Assembly (NCBI GenBank): GCA_964019335.1
Contig: OZ025701.1
Location: 458,716-522,715 of the forward strand
DNA: 64,000 bases
Reading direction: 5' to 3'
Source of the DNA: Diplonema japonicum
Taxonomy: Eukaryota; Protista; Euglenozoa: Diplonemea
The position numbers were made by a program, and so were the translations under genes. This document shows, piece by piece, positions 1 through 12,131 of the stretch. Under the pieces are notes generated by a model. That model did no database searches and was not told where the DNA came from. It saw nothing but the letters and a program-made list of their open reading frames with translations. Every line of letters begins with the position of its first letter. Position 1 is the stretch's first letter.

Positions 1-1151
1 AGGGTCACGTCGTGGGATGTGAGGGTGGCCCCTCCGTAGTTCACAAGCTGCGTGACGAGCGATGTCGTGCACTGGACGCCGCAGGCATGCCTCGGGGGGT
101 GCAGGAGCCGTGCGTGGGACTCGTACCCCGTCAGGAAGAAGGAGGCCTCAGACGTCGGCGGTAGCGCAGCGTTAAATTCCTGCAGCCACCGCAGCAGGAT
201 GCCCTCGTACATGGCGTCCGACCCCATGCCAGAGGTGCGCAGTGCCTGGTACGAGGCCAGCATGATGGAGGCGGTGTTGATGGTCTCACGCCGCTGCTGC
301 TTGACGCCCTCTTCAAGGGACGCGGTGTAGGCGATGAGGACGAGGATGCCGACGAACCCGGACATCGCAACACCGCAGAGCCCCATCATCGGGAGGTACC
401 CCATGCCCTCCTGCACCTTTTTCAACAGCACGGTGAGGGCAAAGCCTATGGTAACTACGAAGGTGTAGATGATGAGCCCACCGAACCACGTCTGGCTTTC
501 CAATGTACCGGTGGAGCTGAGCGCCTCGTCTTTGTCTTGCTTGAGGATGAGCCCGATAGCTGTGCCCTTGATCATTCCGTACGAGTAGATGACCTCTGTG
601 TTGGTGTAGTCGGTGGCAGTGAGCGTGCCGACTTCATGATTCTTTGACGCGAGGACAGCACTGCCGACAGCAGCGATGCGGTCGGTGTGGCACTTTGTTT
701 GTTCACATGCTGACTGGAACTTCGGTTGGGTAAGGATGTGGATGTTGCAAGGAGGGGTGGCACACTCGACCCCAGTCACGAGCGCAACTTCAAAAGACTC
801 GCTTAAGAACTCCCTGTTGAGGGACCCCGCCATGGAGATGAGCGCGGCCTCCTTATTACTGCTGTCCTGCATCACCCTGGCAGCGTTGTTGAAGAGAGAA
901 GACACTGCAAGCAGTTGGATGTTCTTGTTGGCATTCGCACGGTCCACTGTTAGGTCGTAAATGTCGAGCCTGGCACGCACAGAGATGACAAGACAGCTCA
1001 TCACTAAGGTAGAAATGACAACACCAACGAATAGTACCTTCCCGCAGTAACCATGGCTTAGCAGCACACCCTTGCTCTTGTCATACATGGCATTCTCGTG
1101 GATGATTGTTGAGGTCACTGTACCCACGTCTTCGTTAGATGTTCGTGACAT
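1..1151 (-). CDS. Multi-pass membrane receptor-like protein with Cache-like extracellular domain(s); 3' part runs off the left edge
   Basis: Open frame from ATG 1151 (MSRTSNEDVG...) to base 1 with no stop, so absent from the ORF track. TM segments VLFVGVVISTLVMSCLVISV, WFGGLIIYTFVVTIGFALTVLL and LPMMGLCGVAMSGFVGILVLIAY. Motif GTLTATDYTNTEVIYSYGMIKGTAIGLILKQDKDEA resembles the C-terminal strands of dCache domains. Confidence 0.75.
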   Translation of the reverse strand, partial: MSRTSNEDVGTVTSTIIHENAMYDKSKGVLLSHGYCGKVLFVGVVISTLVMSCLVISVRARLDIYDLTVDRANANKNIQLLAVSSLFNNAARVMQDSSNKEAALISMAGSLNREFLSESFEVALVTGVECATPPCNIHILTQPKFQSACEQTKCHTDRIAAVGSAVLASKNHEVGTLTATDYTNTEVIYSYGMIKGTAIGLILKQDKDEALSSTGTLESQTWFGGLIIYTFVVTIGFALTVLLKKVQEGMGYLPMMGLCGVAMSGFVGILVLIAYTASLEEGVKQQRRETINTASIMLASYQALRTSGMGSDAMYEGILLRWLQEFNAALPPTSEASFFLTGYESHARLLHPPRHACGVQCTTSLVTQLVNYGGATLTSHDVT

Positions 1152-3226
1152 AGTCTTTAAGGGTTTTTTTTCGGGGGGGGTAAGAGGGGTGGGTAAAAAT
1201 GGGGAAGAAGGGAAAAAAAAGAGAAAAAAAAAAAGGGCACTTTCACGGCAAAAAGAATAATGTAAAACAAACAAAAAAAGTAAAGGGGTAAAAAAAAAAA
1301 ATGAGCCGGAAGGAGGGGGGTAAAAAAATGGGGGGGGGACCAAAGGAGGCTCTCATCTGACATGGTGGCCCACCAGCTTCCCTCTTCCGTCAGACAGAAG
1401 CAAACTTGAACTTGTGGAAGAAGGAAAATAAATTTGTTACCCCTCTTTTTTTTTTTCAATAAACTTTTTTTTTCCCCCCTTCTCTTCGTTTCTTTTCTCC
1501 CGTGAATTCTTTTTTCTTCTTCTTCTTCGGTACTCTTTTATTTCTGTCTTTTGTTTAATTTTTCTCGGTAAATTCTACTTTTTTTTGTGTTTTTTTTTTT
1601 CCTCTTAATTATTTTTTCTTCTTTTTTTTTGTTTTTTTTTTTTTTTTGTTTCTCCTGATCTTCCTCCTTGCTTCTTTTATTACAATTCGCTTTATTTTCT
1701 CTTCAGGGCGTCTCAACCAAGAATAAGGCATCTAAGGAAAAGAATAAAAGGAAAGAAGGAAAGAAAGAGGAAGTATAAAAAAAAAAAGGAAAAAAAAATA
1801 AGAAAGAAGAGGAAATGAAAATGAGGCAAGGGAATGGAAAAAAAAAAGGAGAGAAAGAGAGAGAAGAGAAGGGGAAGGGGCAGTTCAAGCAAAGGGCGGG
1901 ACACACATGGAGAGATTCGCTACTTCTTTTTTTTTTTTAAATGGTTTTGCTCAGTCTCGTTCCATTTCTCTTTCGCTTTTTCCTCCTATCTTGCTATCCA
2001 AGCGGTTTATCAGCCAAAATAACAAGAAATTCAAAAAAAAAAAAGAAAAAAATAAATTGCCGTGTCAAAATTGATTTCATATTGACCCAATTATCTGGGG
2101 GGGGGAAGAAAAAAGAATAAGATGTCATTGAAAAGATTGTGGTAGAATTATAACTTCCAAATATACCCCCCTTTTTTTTTCTTTTTTATTCCCTTGAGGG
2201 AAAAATTCCGTGAGCACGCAGGGCAACATTATACCTGACGTGACAAAGGAAACACACGACCAACTTTCGGGAGGGATGCTATGAATCTTTTTTTTTTTTT
2301 TTGGTTCTCCTTCTATTTCTTCTCTCAGGAAGAAGAGCCAAGAAAAAGAAAGGAACAAAAAAGAAAGAGAGGAGGGGGGGGGGGGGGGGTAAGGATAACT
2401 ATACTGGGAATGTAAAAAGAAAAAAGAAGAAGAAAAAAAATGCGGCTTAGAGGAGTACACCAAACCCAAAGATAGCAAAGAAAAAAAAATAGGGAGGGGA
2501 AAATAAAAAAGAAAAGAAATAGAAACAAAGAGATAGAAAGAAACAAAGAGAGGGTGACTCCCCATTCTAAATCTCTTTCCATAATTTTTTTTTCTCAATT
2601 CTCTATTTCTATTCATACTTTTCTTTTCTTATATTGAACACAGTGGCTGCAACCGGTTAGAAAAAGATAAAGATATTAAAAGAATCTCCTCAGGAAAGTG
2701 AAGGTTTTTTTTTTTTTTTTTTTTTTCCTTTCCCGTTTCGGCATGAGATTCGCCGGTGGAAAAAGAAAAGAAAAGAAAAGAAAATGTCACATAAGTTTCT
2801 TAAGATGAACCACTCCTTTTCGTTTGCAGCTAAGGTTGAAGGGGGGGGGGGGGAAAGGAAAAAACTCACTCTGACAGGGAAGTGACAGCAACGATCCCAT
2901 CAAAGAATAAGAAAGAAAAAAAAACACGAGGGAAAAAAAAGGACGAACGGAAGGGGGGGGGGGGGGGAAGGGAAATAATAATAATAATGTGACACGGGCA
3001 ACATGTGAGAGACAGAAAAAAAAAAAGAAAAAAGAAGAAGAAAAAAAAGAGAGAGCGCAATAAAGCTCTCCTTCTTTTTTTTTCTTTTTTTTTTTTCTTC
3101 TTTTTTCTTCCAATGGAAATTTTTTCCTATAAAAAACTTTTTCTTTGGTTCGCGCAAAAAAAAAAAGGGGGGGAGAGGGGGTTAGCTAGAAGTAAGATGT
3201 TTCTTCTTCAATGTACACCGATGGCC

Positions 3227-4102
3227 TCAGAAAACAGCCTGCGTCTGGTTGAAAGAGCCCATCACAGAAGACGGCAGAATGAAATCGACGGGGTCGTGCG
3301 TCTTAAAGAAATCCAGCTCTTTGGAAAAGCAGTACATAGACGTGGGTGTGGAACACCTGCTAGGTGAGGCCGATGAGCTTTCCGTGTAGCTTGTGAGCGA
3401 AGACGTATCGTCAGTGGCAGTGAGCTCATCGTCATCTTCGTCCTCGCACAGCAGCTCTGGCAAGAGATCGAGGTCGGCTTCTGAAAGGCTCTCGGAGAAG
3501 GCCTCGGACAGGACCCTTGGTGAGTCGGAAGTGCTTGCGCTTGTAGCAATGTCGTGGACAAGGTGATCGAACCCTAGAGACTGCGCCTTGAGCGGGTTCC
3601 ACCCCAGTGGGATGTCACCGCCCTCACTGTCCTTCCCGAACAGCGAGAACTGCGACGGAACGACTTCCTCCTCGTCGATGACCTTCTCTGTGTCCATGTC
3701 CGAAAGGATCTCAATGGGCTGCAGCGGCTGGACGTGCATAGTGTGCTGCACCACCTCCACTTCAACCTCAGTCTTGAACACATCTGCAGAGCCCCTTGCG
3801 TCTGTCATCACAGCCAGTGCTGCCACGGCTGTCACGGCCGCAAGCGACCCCTTCTCTTGAGTGGGCTTCTCTTCCAGCTGCTCCTGCGGTGTGTCTTCGG
3901 TGTGCTTCTTGGTCCTGTTCCTCCTCCTCCTTCTGACGCCCTCGCGTGCTACGACCTCCACAACCTTCTTCACCTCTGCGTTGGTCACCTTCCCCTCGCG
4001 CAGGGCTCTCGTGGCGTACTTGAAGGCGACGTACGCACCAGTGCTGAACATGAGGAGGGCTACCATCACCATCATGTCGTACATGTTGTTGTAGCTGGCC
4101 AT
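3227..4102 (-). CDS. Hypothetical protein, N-terminal membrane anchor with acidic/Ser-rich tail (291 aa)
   Basis: Clean ORF with GC3-rich codons; hydrophobic MMVMVALLMFSTGAYVAF; CA-rich candidate acceptor upstream of the ATG. Confidence 0.75.
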   Translation of the reverse strand: MASYNNMYDMMVMVALLMFSTGAYVAFKYATRALREGKVTNAEVKKVVEVVAREGVRRRRRNRTKKHTEDTPQEQLEEKPTQEKGSLAAVTAVAALAVMTDARGSADVFKTEVEVEVVQHTMHVQPLQPIEILSDMDTEKVIDEEEVVPSQFSLFGKDSEGGDIPLGWNPLKAQSLGFDHLVHDIATSASTSDSPRVLSEAFSESLSEADLDLLPELLCEDEDDDELTATDDTSSLTSYTESSSASPSRCSTPTSMYCFSKELDFFKTHDPVDFILPSSVMGSFNQTQAVF

Positions 4103-4253
4103 CTTACGTGTCGTGTTGTGTGTGCAATGCTGTGATGGTTGAACAGTAGGAGGAGGGGAGGGGGGGAAGGGGGAAGGGAGAAGGGGGTATGAACACTCTG
4201 CGTGTAAAAAGACATCGCAAGGCCAGCATGCAGGGTGCAGGGTGCAGAGAGGG

Positions 4254-5234
4254 CTAAAGCTTGGCGTTGATAGGCGTTACCTTGTTGCAGCGTGTGAAGG
4301 CGTCGCTCATGACACGCCAAAAGCCAGCGACATCCATGGCGGTGGCAACGTGCACGTTCTTTGGGCGGTCTGAGCAGCCCCAGATGTCACAGACGGTCTG
4401 CCCTGCAGTGAGGTGGTCACCCGTGACAACATCAACACGCATAAGCTTTGTGGTGAAGAGGTGAGGGTGCGTGATCCAGGCCACGGCACAGGGGTCGTGC
4501 AAAGGAGGGCTTGCGAAGCCGAACTCCCTTTTGTACGTATCGGCAAAGAACATCATGAGGTCCCTGACCATCGTGAAGAGACGCGACCCGTGCATCGCAG
4601 CTTGCAGGTCTCGAAGGACACCAGGTGTGACTAGCGCAGTGTGCGTGACCTCCAAGGGCACCATCGTGATGGGCAAGGGAAGGGCACACACTATGGCAGC
4701 AGCCTCAGGGTCACAGAGGATGTTAAACTCCGCAACAGGGTGGCGGTTGCCAATCCCCATGGCACCACCCATGAAGCTAATTTGTGAAATGTTTTTCAGA
4801 ACCTCAGGGTGCGTGCGTGCAAGAACTGCAACGTTGGTCAGGGCGCCTAAGGCCACCAGCGACACAGGTGTCGGGTGAGATGTGATGCGGTGCGCCATTG
4901 CAGCAGTCCAATGAGGGGGAGTCTCTGATAGGGGGCAGGTCTTGAAGCTGTCGAAGACGGCACTCCCCTCCATCCCCGACTCCCCGTGGATCCCAGGGTC
5001 GTGTTTGGCCTCCTTGATCAAAGGCCTTTCGCTGCCTTGCAGGACCACCACATCTTTCCTTCCGCAGATTTCAAGCATTTTCCTTGCATTAGCAGTTGTT
5101 TTATCAACACTCTGGTTCCCGGACACTGTGCTCACCCCTATCAAGTCACACTTTCCATGGCAAGCGAGTACTAGCGCCATTGCATCGTCGTGGCCAGGGT
5201 CGCAATCTATCCACACTGCTGGGGTGTCTTGCAT
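4254..5234 (-). CDS. Inosine-uridine preferring nucleoside hydrolase
   Basis: DCDPGHDD motif, LGALTN, MGG, AEFNILCDPEAA, LHDP. Confidence 0.95.
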   Translation of the reverse strand: MQDTPAVWIDCDPGHDDAMALVLACHGKCDLIGVSTVSGNQSVDKTTANARKMLEICGRKDVVVLQGSERPLIKEAKHDPGIHGESGMEGSAVFDSFKTCPLSETPPHWTAAMAHRITSHPTPVSLVALGALTNVAVLARTHPEVLKNISQISFMGGAMGIGNRHPVAEFNILCDPEAAAIVCALPLPITMVPLEVTHTALVTPGVLRDLQAAMHGSRLFTMVRDLMMFFADTYKREFGFASPPLHDPCAVAWITHPHLFTTKLMRVDVVTGDHLTAGQTVCDIWGCSDRPKNVHVATAMDVAGFWRVMSDAFTRCNKVTPINAKL

Positions 5235-6553
5235 TTTTTTCCCCCGCCCCCTGGTTCAAATGTAAAAACGAAGAAAAAAAAAATATAAAAAAAATTCACT
5301 ATGATGGGGGAAAAGTAGTTGCAAACAACCCACCAAAAAGTAAAGGGGAAGAGAAGGGGGTAAAAAAAAAATATAAAAAAAGAAAAAAAGGAGTAAATAA
5401 ACATGTATGGAATGGGTGGGGATCTCGGAAGAAGGGGGGGGAAGGGTAAATGGGAGGAAATTAAAAGTTGTTTCTTTTCCTTTTTTTTTCCTGTTTTTTC
5501 CTCCCCCTTTTTTTTTCTGTCTCGTTTTTTTTTTTTTTTTTTTTTTTTGAGATGGAAAAAGAAGGAAAAAAAAGAGAAAAAAGAGGGGTATGTGGTCTCG
5601 CAAATAAAAAACAATAAAATAAGAGCGTGTGGATCCCCTAAAAAAAAAAAAGAATAGCGACTTAAGAAAGGGCTAATTATATTTTTCGTGCCCAATGTCA
5701 CTGCCGGAAAAAAAAAAAAAAAAAAAAAGATGAAGATGGGAATGCACAAAATAGCATAGTGCTCACCAACACTTTCTTTCCCCGCGTCTTCTCATCTTTT
5801 AAAAATATGAAAATAAAAAGGGGGGGGGGAGAGTAACACAGCCTCTTTTGCATAATGGCCAATTATGTGGTATTTTGTCATAATTTATGAATTCGATAAC
5901 CTTACTCTTGGTAGAACGGGGGGAAAAAAAAAAGGTTTTTTTTTTTTTTTTTTTTCTTTTGCAAAAAAACTTCCGGCAAAAAAAAAAAAAAAAAAAAGAC
6001 TATTTTTCTCGACATCTATCGCATAATTTGCCATAAAAACCTAGCAGTCAACAACCTTTAACTTTCCGCCCATTAAAATCCACCACATCTTTCTTCTTTC
6101 ATTCTCTTTTTTTTTTTCCTTCGGAACTCGGCATTTTTGCCAATAAAAAAAAAAAAAAAAAAAAAAAAAAACAGGTCTATCACTCCACCCTTGCAAAAAA
6201 ATAAAAAATAAACGGGGGGAGAGAGAGAGAGAAAGGGACCCTACCCTAATGCAGCTATTCACATGGAAAAAAAATTAAAGAGAAGAGGAGGAAGGGAAAA
6301 GAATGGAAGATATATATATTTTTAATTTTTTGAAGCCTGCCCCTTTTTCTTCCAATACCCCCCCCCCCCCCAAACAAAGAAATCTCACTTCAACTATTGC
6401 ACAATCACTTAAGTGGATTACATAGGGGTTTTTTCTTCTTGTCTTCTTTTTATTTTTCATTTTCTTCTTCTTCTTTGTTTCTTTTTCTCTCCCCTCTCCC
6501 CAATCTTCTGTTTGCCCCCCTCCCCCCCCCCCCCCCCCCAACCTAGCTCATTT

Positions 6554-9162
6554 TTACAAGCCCTTCAGAGTAATCACATAAATATTGCCCATAGAATCGC
6601 CGAGAACAACCTATTGAGTTTTTTTTTTTTTCCTTCGTTTTTTTTCCTTTTTTTTTTCCCTCTCCGATTTACCTTGTCGTGAGCAGAACTAGCGAGGCAA
6701 TACACGGGCGCGCGGGTGTAGAAAGTAAGAACCTTTTTTTATTTAATATTCCCCCCTTCTTCCTCCCCCCCCCCCCCCCCCCATTTTCCTTCCACACCTC
6801 TTCACCCGTCTGGCGGTCAAAGATAATAACTGTTCTCAAGTTGCAAGACGCGATAATATAATTGCCAAAATCGCCTGGGCAGGAACTGCAGAGTGTCCAT
6901 GTGAACCGCTTCTTGGTACGCGTGATGGGAAGGGCCATCTGTGGGTGTGTGTTGGTTCTCGTGTTGTGTTACCTGAATATTTTCCACGTGCATGCTCAGC
7001 TTGCACGCGCCTGTCTTGACGTCCCACAGCTTGATCTCGTTCTCATCGTTTGACAAGATCTGCTTCCCATCAGGGAGGTATCTACACCCCAGCACAATGC
7101 CCGAGTGTCCCTTTAACACCTTTACTGACTGCCCACTTGCTGCAGACCAGATGCGGACAGTCCTGTGTGTACGTGTGCCGTTTGGCACTGTAAGCATACT
7201 TGTCTGCTGACGCTGAAACTATGTGTTTGTCATCAGGAGCGAAGTCCAAGGAGATGATGATGGCTGTGTGCTCTGTGAAGGCGGCACGCTCTTTTCCCTT
7301 CTTGGTGTCCCAGACTCTGCACACCTGTGAGACATGTGTTTGGGTTTGAACTCAACATGATGGATACCTTGTCCTGGCACCCCGACACAATCAGCCGTCC
7401 CGATTTGCTCCACGCGCAGCAGATAACTACCTTGTCGTGCTCAAACTGCAGCAGCACCTTCGCCGTGATGGCGTCCCACAAGATAAGGTTCTGGTCACGC
7501 GATGTGGTTGCTACGTGTTTCTGGTCGTCCGAGAAGGCGACAGACGTGAGGGTGTCGTCGTGCCCCGAGAAGGACACCATTTCCTTCCCTGTCTTGATGT
7601 CGGAGAGCACCACGATGACGTCTTCGTGCGAGCAGCTGAGGATGTGCCTTTCGTCGGGCGAGATGGCCACGCACTTCACACGTGCCGCGTGTCCTATGAG
7701 GAACGTGGTTGTGTAGTTAACTATGAAGAGCCCTTCAGGCTTGGGTTGCTTCTTCGGCACAGACAACGCTATCTTGTTCTTGGCCAGCAATTTCTGTGGC
7801 TCGTGCTTCATGACCGTCTCGGCGTCGACTCCAATCGCGAAATCGCCGAACGCAAAGTCCAGTGCGGACCCTGCACCACTGCCACCCCCACCGCTGCCTC
7901 CATAGGTGGAGTAGTCATAGCTCCCGCCTGTGGTGTCGATCGCGAAGTCCCCGTAGTGGAAGACGCCCTGGTCGTCCACAATCTTCGTTGGCTCCACCTC
8001 ATCGTTGATTGACACGCTCAGGCGCTTCTTCCTGCCCAGCGGCTTCTTTTTCGAAGTACTTTTCTCGTCCTCGGACCCAGCCAAGTCCTGCATGAAGACG
8101 TCGTCTGCGGCACTCGTGTCCGCCTCCTTCACAACGGTGCAGTCGCCCCACGTGAAGTAGTGCCCGCTGCTCTTTCTTCTTTTCTTCACTGCCTCGCCCG
8201 GTTTGGTGTCTCCCAGCAAGCCCTCCTTCGACCCGCCGGGGGCTTCTTCCTTGTTCCCTGCCTCCAGCTGCTCTCTAAGCACTCTCTTCTCCGCCTCTGT
8301 TGCCTCTCCTGCTAGGAACGCCTGTGTGGTGGTGTAATGCTGTGTTGCAATCATACCTGTCGGGCCTTCTCGATTGACACCGGCTGCTCTTGCCTCGGCT
8401 GCCCTGACTGCAGGTTAGTGTGAATAGATTCTAGTTTCGCCTGCCGTTGTGTGACAACATATTTGTACAGCATACCAAGGAATTGTAGATGCCACTGCCC
8501 GTGTGGGCAGCTATGAAGAGCTCGCTGATGCCGTCACATTCCGAGCCGAGGTTGAAGGAGGGGAAATGGGGCCTGTCCTCGCGTACATGCGAGTAGACGG
8601 CGCGGAGGCCTCTTCTTGGGATGATGGGGCGCTCCTGTGCCACGGAGAGGAGTGAGGAAATACCAGGAAGGAGTCTTTGCCGTTCTGTGGCCCTCCAGCT
8701 CTGGTACAGTTTTGTGTAGTGCGACTGCAACAGAAGCAAGATGTTATCGTCTGTGCCCTGAAAGATCTCCTCGACACAAGGAAGAGGCTCCTCCAGCTCA
8801 GTCTTTGATGTGGGCGATGTACACTGTCCCTTGACCACCTGGTGCAAAAGGGTGATGAGGTTTACCGCCAGACACTGCTGTTTCGCAATAGCAGTGCCTC
8901 GCTCGCTAAACTCGTTCTGCAGGTCTTTCTGCTTCCCCGGTATCGTGTCCTTTGACTTCCTAGGGTCGAAGCCTAGACTCTTTATTTCTAAAGGGTTCAA
9001 TGTTTGCGGAATAGGAATAAGGTTTGGCCGGTGCACGATGGGCTCAATCGTCGCGAACCTCTCTGGCTTCTTTGATAACGCTCCGTTGCTGCCACTCTGC
9101 CTTCCCTTTCTCAAGGCTTGCGAAGGACTGCCCACCACGGGCATCCCACCTACTTCGGCCAT
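6554..9162 (-). CDS. WD40-repeat protein, 8 exons, 765 aa
   Basis: Exons 9162-8476, 8440-8357, 8321-7368, 7324-7200, 7162-6973, 6938-6798, 6732-6673, 6610-6554 join in frame (2298 nt) via GT-AG introns of 35, 35, 43, 37, 34, 65 and 62 nt. Several GH...WD repeats in the C-terminal half. Confidence 0.88.
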
Positions 9163-9358
9163 GTAATATGAGTTCTAATAAATCTAATAGACACCACACG
9201 CCATATGCTGCCAATGCCCGCTTTGATGTGGTACAGATTGAAATGTAGGGGAAAAGACTGGTTCACAATGATAAACGTTGAGGAATAAGGGAAGAAAAAA
9301 AAAAAAAACCGCCGGTGTTAGAAAAGACAGGCCAATGTAACGCTAGCCAAAAGGAACA

Positions 9359-10702
9359 CTAGAAGCCGCTATCCGGGATGCCCTCTTCAACGTACACAGA
9401 CTTCACTTGTGAGTAGCTATGTATGGCTTGGGCGGAGTTCTCCTTGCCGTACCCTGACTGCTTGAAGGCACCGAAGGGCAGCTCCACGGGGCATATGTTG
9501 TAACTATTGATGAACGTGACCCCTGCTTCGAGGTCTTTTGCTACTCTGTGCGCTTTTCTGATATCCGTGGAGCACACGCCGCCTGCGAGGCCATAAGGGG
9601 TGTTGTTCGCACGCTGCACGGCTTCTTCCTCTGTCTTGAAGGTGTGCAGCGTCAGCACGGGGCCGAAGATCTCCGTGGTGGCGACAGTCGTCTCGTCCGA
9701 CTTAGAAAGAATGACGGTGGGCTTCACGAAGAGCCCCTCCCCCACACCCCCTGTGAGGACCTGGCATTGTGGGTCATCCATCGCAGTTTTGATCAGCGTT
9801 GCGACCTTCGTACGGTGCGCCTTGCTGACGAGGGGGCCCATCTGCGTTGCGTCGTCGAAGGGGTCGCCCACCACGATGCCCTCCACACGCGGCAGCAGTG
9901 CTTCTAAGTACTCCTCCAGAAACCCTTCCTCCACAAAAACACGCGTCCCATTGCTGCATGCCTGCCCCGAATTGCAGAAGTTCGCAAGCATGGTAGCCTC
10001 GACTGCCGTCGTGAGGCCAGCGTCCTTGAAGATCACTAACGGGGACTTGCCCCCGAGCTCCATCGTCGTCGGCTTCAGCATCTCGCCGCACATAGCAGCC
10101 ACCTTCCTGCCTGTCTCGACAGAGCCCGTGAATGAGATCTTTGCAATCCCTGGGTGTCGGCAGAGTGCAGCACCCGCCTCGTGGTCGCCTTGGACTGTTT
10201 GGAAAACACCTTCTGGGATGCCAGCTTGGCATATGATCTCTTGGAGGAGCAATGTTGTGGAAGGTGTGAGTTCTGAGGGTTTCAAGACCATCGTGTTGCC
10301 GCAGGCGAGGGCGGGGGCTGCCTTCCAGGAGGAGAGCATGAGGGGGTAGTTCCAGGCGCTGATGCCGCCGCAGACCCCGAGGGGCTCGCGTCGCGTGTAC
10401 CCAAAGGAGTGCTGGCCTGTGCCTGCGTGGGGTAGGTCCATGAAAGTGCCTTGCAGGGCAGTCTGCGCTAGACAGCCGAAGTACTCGAAGCAGTCCGCAG
10501 CTGCTGTGATGTGCCCAGCACGTATCTCACTAATGGCCACATTGGTGTCGCGGCATTCCAATTGTGCCAACTCTTCGCTTCGGCTTCGTATCAGCCTGCT
10601 GACCTCAAGCAGTTTCTTTCCTCTTTCTATACCACTCACACCCCTCCACAGTTCGTACCCCCTGCGGGCCACTTCCACTGCTTCGTTCACCGTCTTGTGC
10701 AT
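9359..10702 (-). CDS. Betaine aldehyde / ALDH9-type aldehyde dehydrogenase (N-terminus possibly incomplete)
   Basis: AWNYP, LKPSELTP, FTGSVETG, MELGGKSP, NSGQACSNGTR (catalytic Cys), EIFGPV, PFGAFKQSGYGKEN. Confidence 0.93.
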   Translation of the reverse strand: MHKTVNEAVEVARRGYELWRGVSGIERGKKLLEVSRLIRSRSEELAQLECRDTNVAISEIRAGHITAAADCFEYFGCLAQTALQGTFMDLPHAGTGQHSFGYTRREPLGVCGGISAWNYPLMLSSWKAAPALACGNTMVLKPSELTPSTTLLLQEIICQAGIPEGVFQTVQGDHEAGAALCRHPGIAKISFTGSVETGRKVAAMCGEMLKPTTMELGGKSPLVIFKDAGLTTAVEATMLANFCNSGQACSNGTRVFVEEGFLEEYLEALLPRVEGIVVGDPFDDATQMGPLVSKAHRTKVATLIKTAMDDPQCQVLTGGVGEGLFVKPTVILSKSDETTVATTEIFGPVLTLHTFKTEEEAVQRANNTPYGLAGGVCSTDIRKAHRVAKDLEAGVTFINSYNICPVELPFGAFKQSGYGKENSAQAIHSYSQVKSVYVEEGIPDSGF

Positions 10703-11177
10703 GTTAAGTTGTTACAACTGCTCGTAGTGGTGCTGAACGAGCATGTACAGGAAAAGATTCTTTTTAAATTTCTTGTTTTTTTTTTTAAAGAATAAGGGCA
10801 GGGGCGGGAGGGGGCGTTGCGATGCCGGGACTGAATAATAAAAAAAGTAACTATCGTTTAAAAAGGAAAAAAAAAAAAGAAATCTGGAAATAAAAAACCA
10901 AACAACACCCCCCCCCCCCCCCCCTTCTCCCATAAATAAATACCCCTCCCCACCACCACCACCTTTTGCACTGTTCTCTCGCTCTTTTTTTTCTTCTTCT
11001 TTTTTTAGATTCCGCCCTCCACAAAATTACGAATTAAGACGCGGGGGAGTGTATTTTTCATGAGAAACCCCAAAATATGAGACAAATAGAAGGAGGGGGG
11101 AATATAATAAAAATTTAAAAAAAAAGAAAAGAAAAAGAAAAGAAAACAAAAGAACCCAAGTGTAATCACATCCCCAG

Positions 11178-12131
11178 TTAGAAGTTTGGGTCTTCTTCGT
11201 CCTCTGCGTAGACGAGCTCATGGTTCTGCAGCTGCTCTCTGAGCTTTGCAAGATCCTCGTTCTTCTTGGCGATCATTTTCTTCAAGTTGATGAACTGTGG
11301 GGAGTCGCTTAATTTCTGGATCAAGGCCTTCTTGGCTTCCTCATGCTCCACTTTTAGTTTCGTAATTTGCTGTTTGAGCTCCGCCACCTTTTTTTAATAT
11401 TTTTTTTTTCTTTTTTATAATTGGTACCTCCGCGGGGTTGGGGCAGTCGTGCTTCTCCTTCAGCTCATTCACCTCCCCCTTAGTAGCCATCAACTCCTGA
11501 CCGATCTGTGCCTTTGCAATCATCATCTCTTGGAACTGTGCTGTAATTCGCTCGATTTTCTGCTGCTGGCGGGCGTTTTCTCTTTCTGTTTTTTTCTTTT
11601 TTCTTTTTTTTTTTCTTTCCCTCCATACCAACGGTTTTTATTTCCTCATTAACTTTTGCGTCATCTGCAGTTACCGACTCAAGGGACTGCAGCTTATTCG
11701 CTGGTTTTAGCAAGGAATCCTTCTGAAGAAAGGCTGGCGTGCTGTTCTGGATGGCTCCATGAACCTGTTATTTGTAAAAAGAAAAAGAAGAAAAGCAATA
11801 CCCTAGGCGGGTCCATAGAGATTCCCTTTGCGTGTGCACATGCAAATAGTTGGGCACAGAACTCTGCTTGAAGGTGTGTCTGGCACCGAAGGTCTTTCTG
11901 AATCGTTCCCTGAAGTGCTGTGAAGAAGGAGGAGAGGAGCGTCTCGACCTCCTGCTTCGAATGGACCCCCTCCTTGATCATTGTGCTGACGTACTTGTTG
12001 TAATCATATTCCAGCTCCTTCATAGTGCCCGTTCTCTTGTCTTTATAGGCTCCCAAGACCATTTCTACTTTTTGTTGTGACCCTTCGCTCAGGCCACCGA
12101 TCCTCTTCGCCACCATTTCTTCCACAGACAT
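11178..12131 (-). CDS. LZTFL1: Leucine zipper transcription factor-like 1 (BBS17) homologue, 4 exons, 277 aa
   Basis: Exons 12131-11802, 11764-11629, 11585-11428, 11387-11178 (834 nt); introns 37, 43, 40 nt. N-terminal GLSEGSQQKV...QLFACA and C-terminal QFINLKKMIAKKNEDLAKLREQL match the LZTFL1 pattern. Confidence 0.8.
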
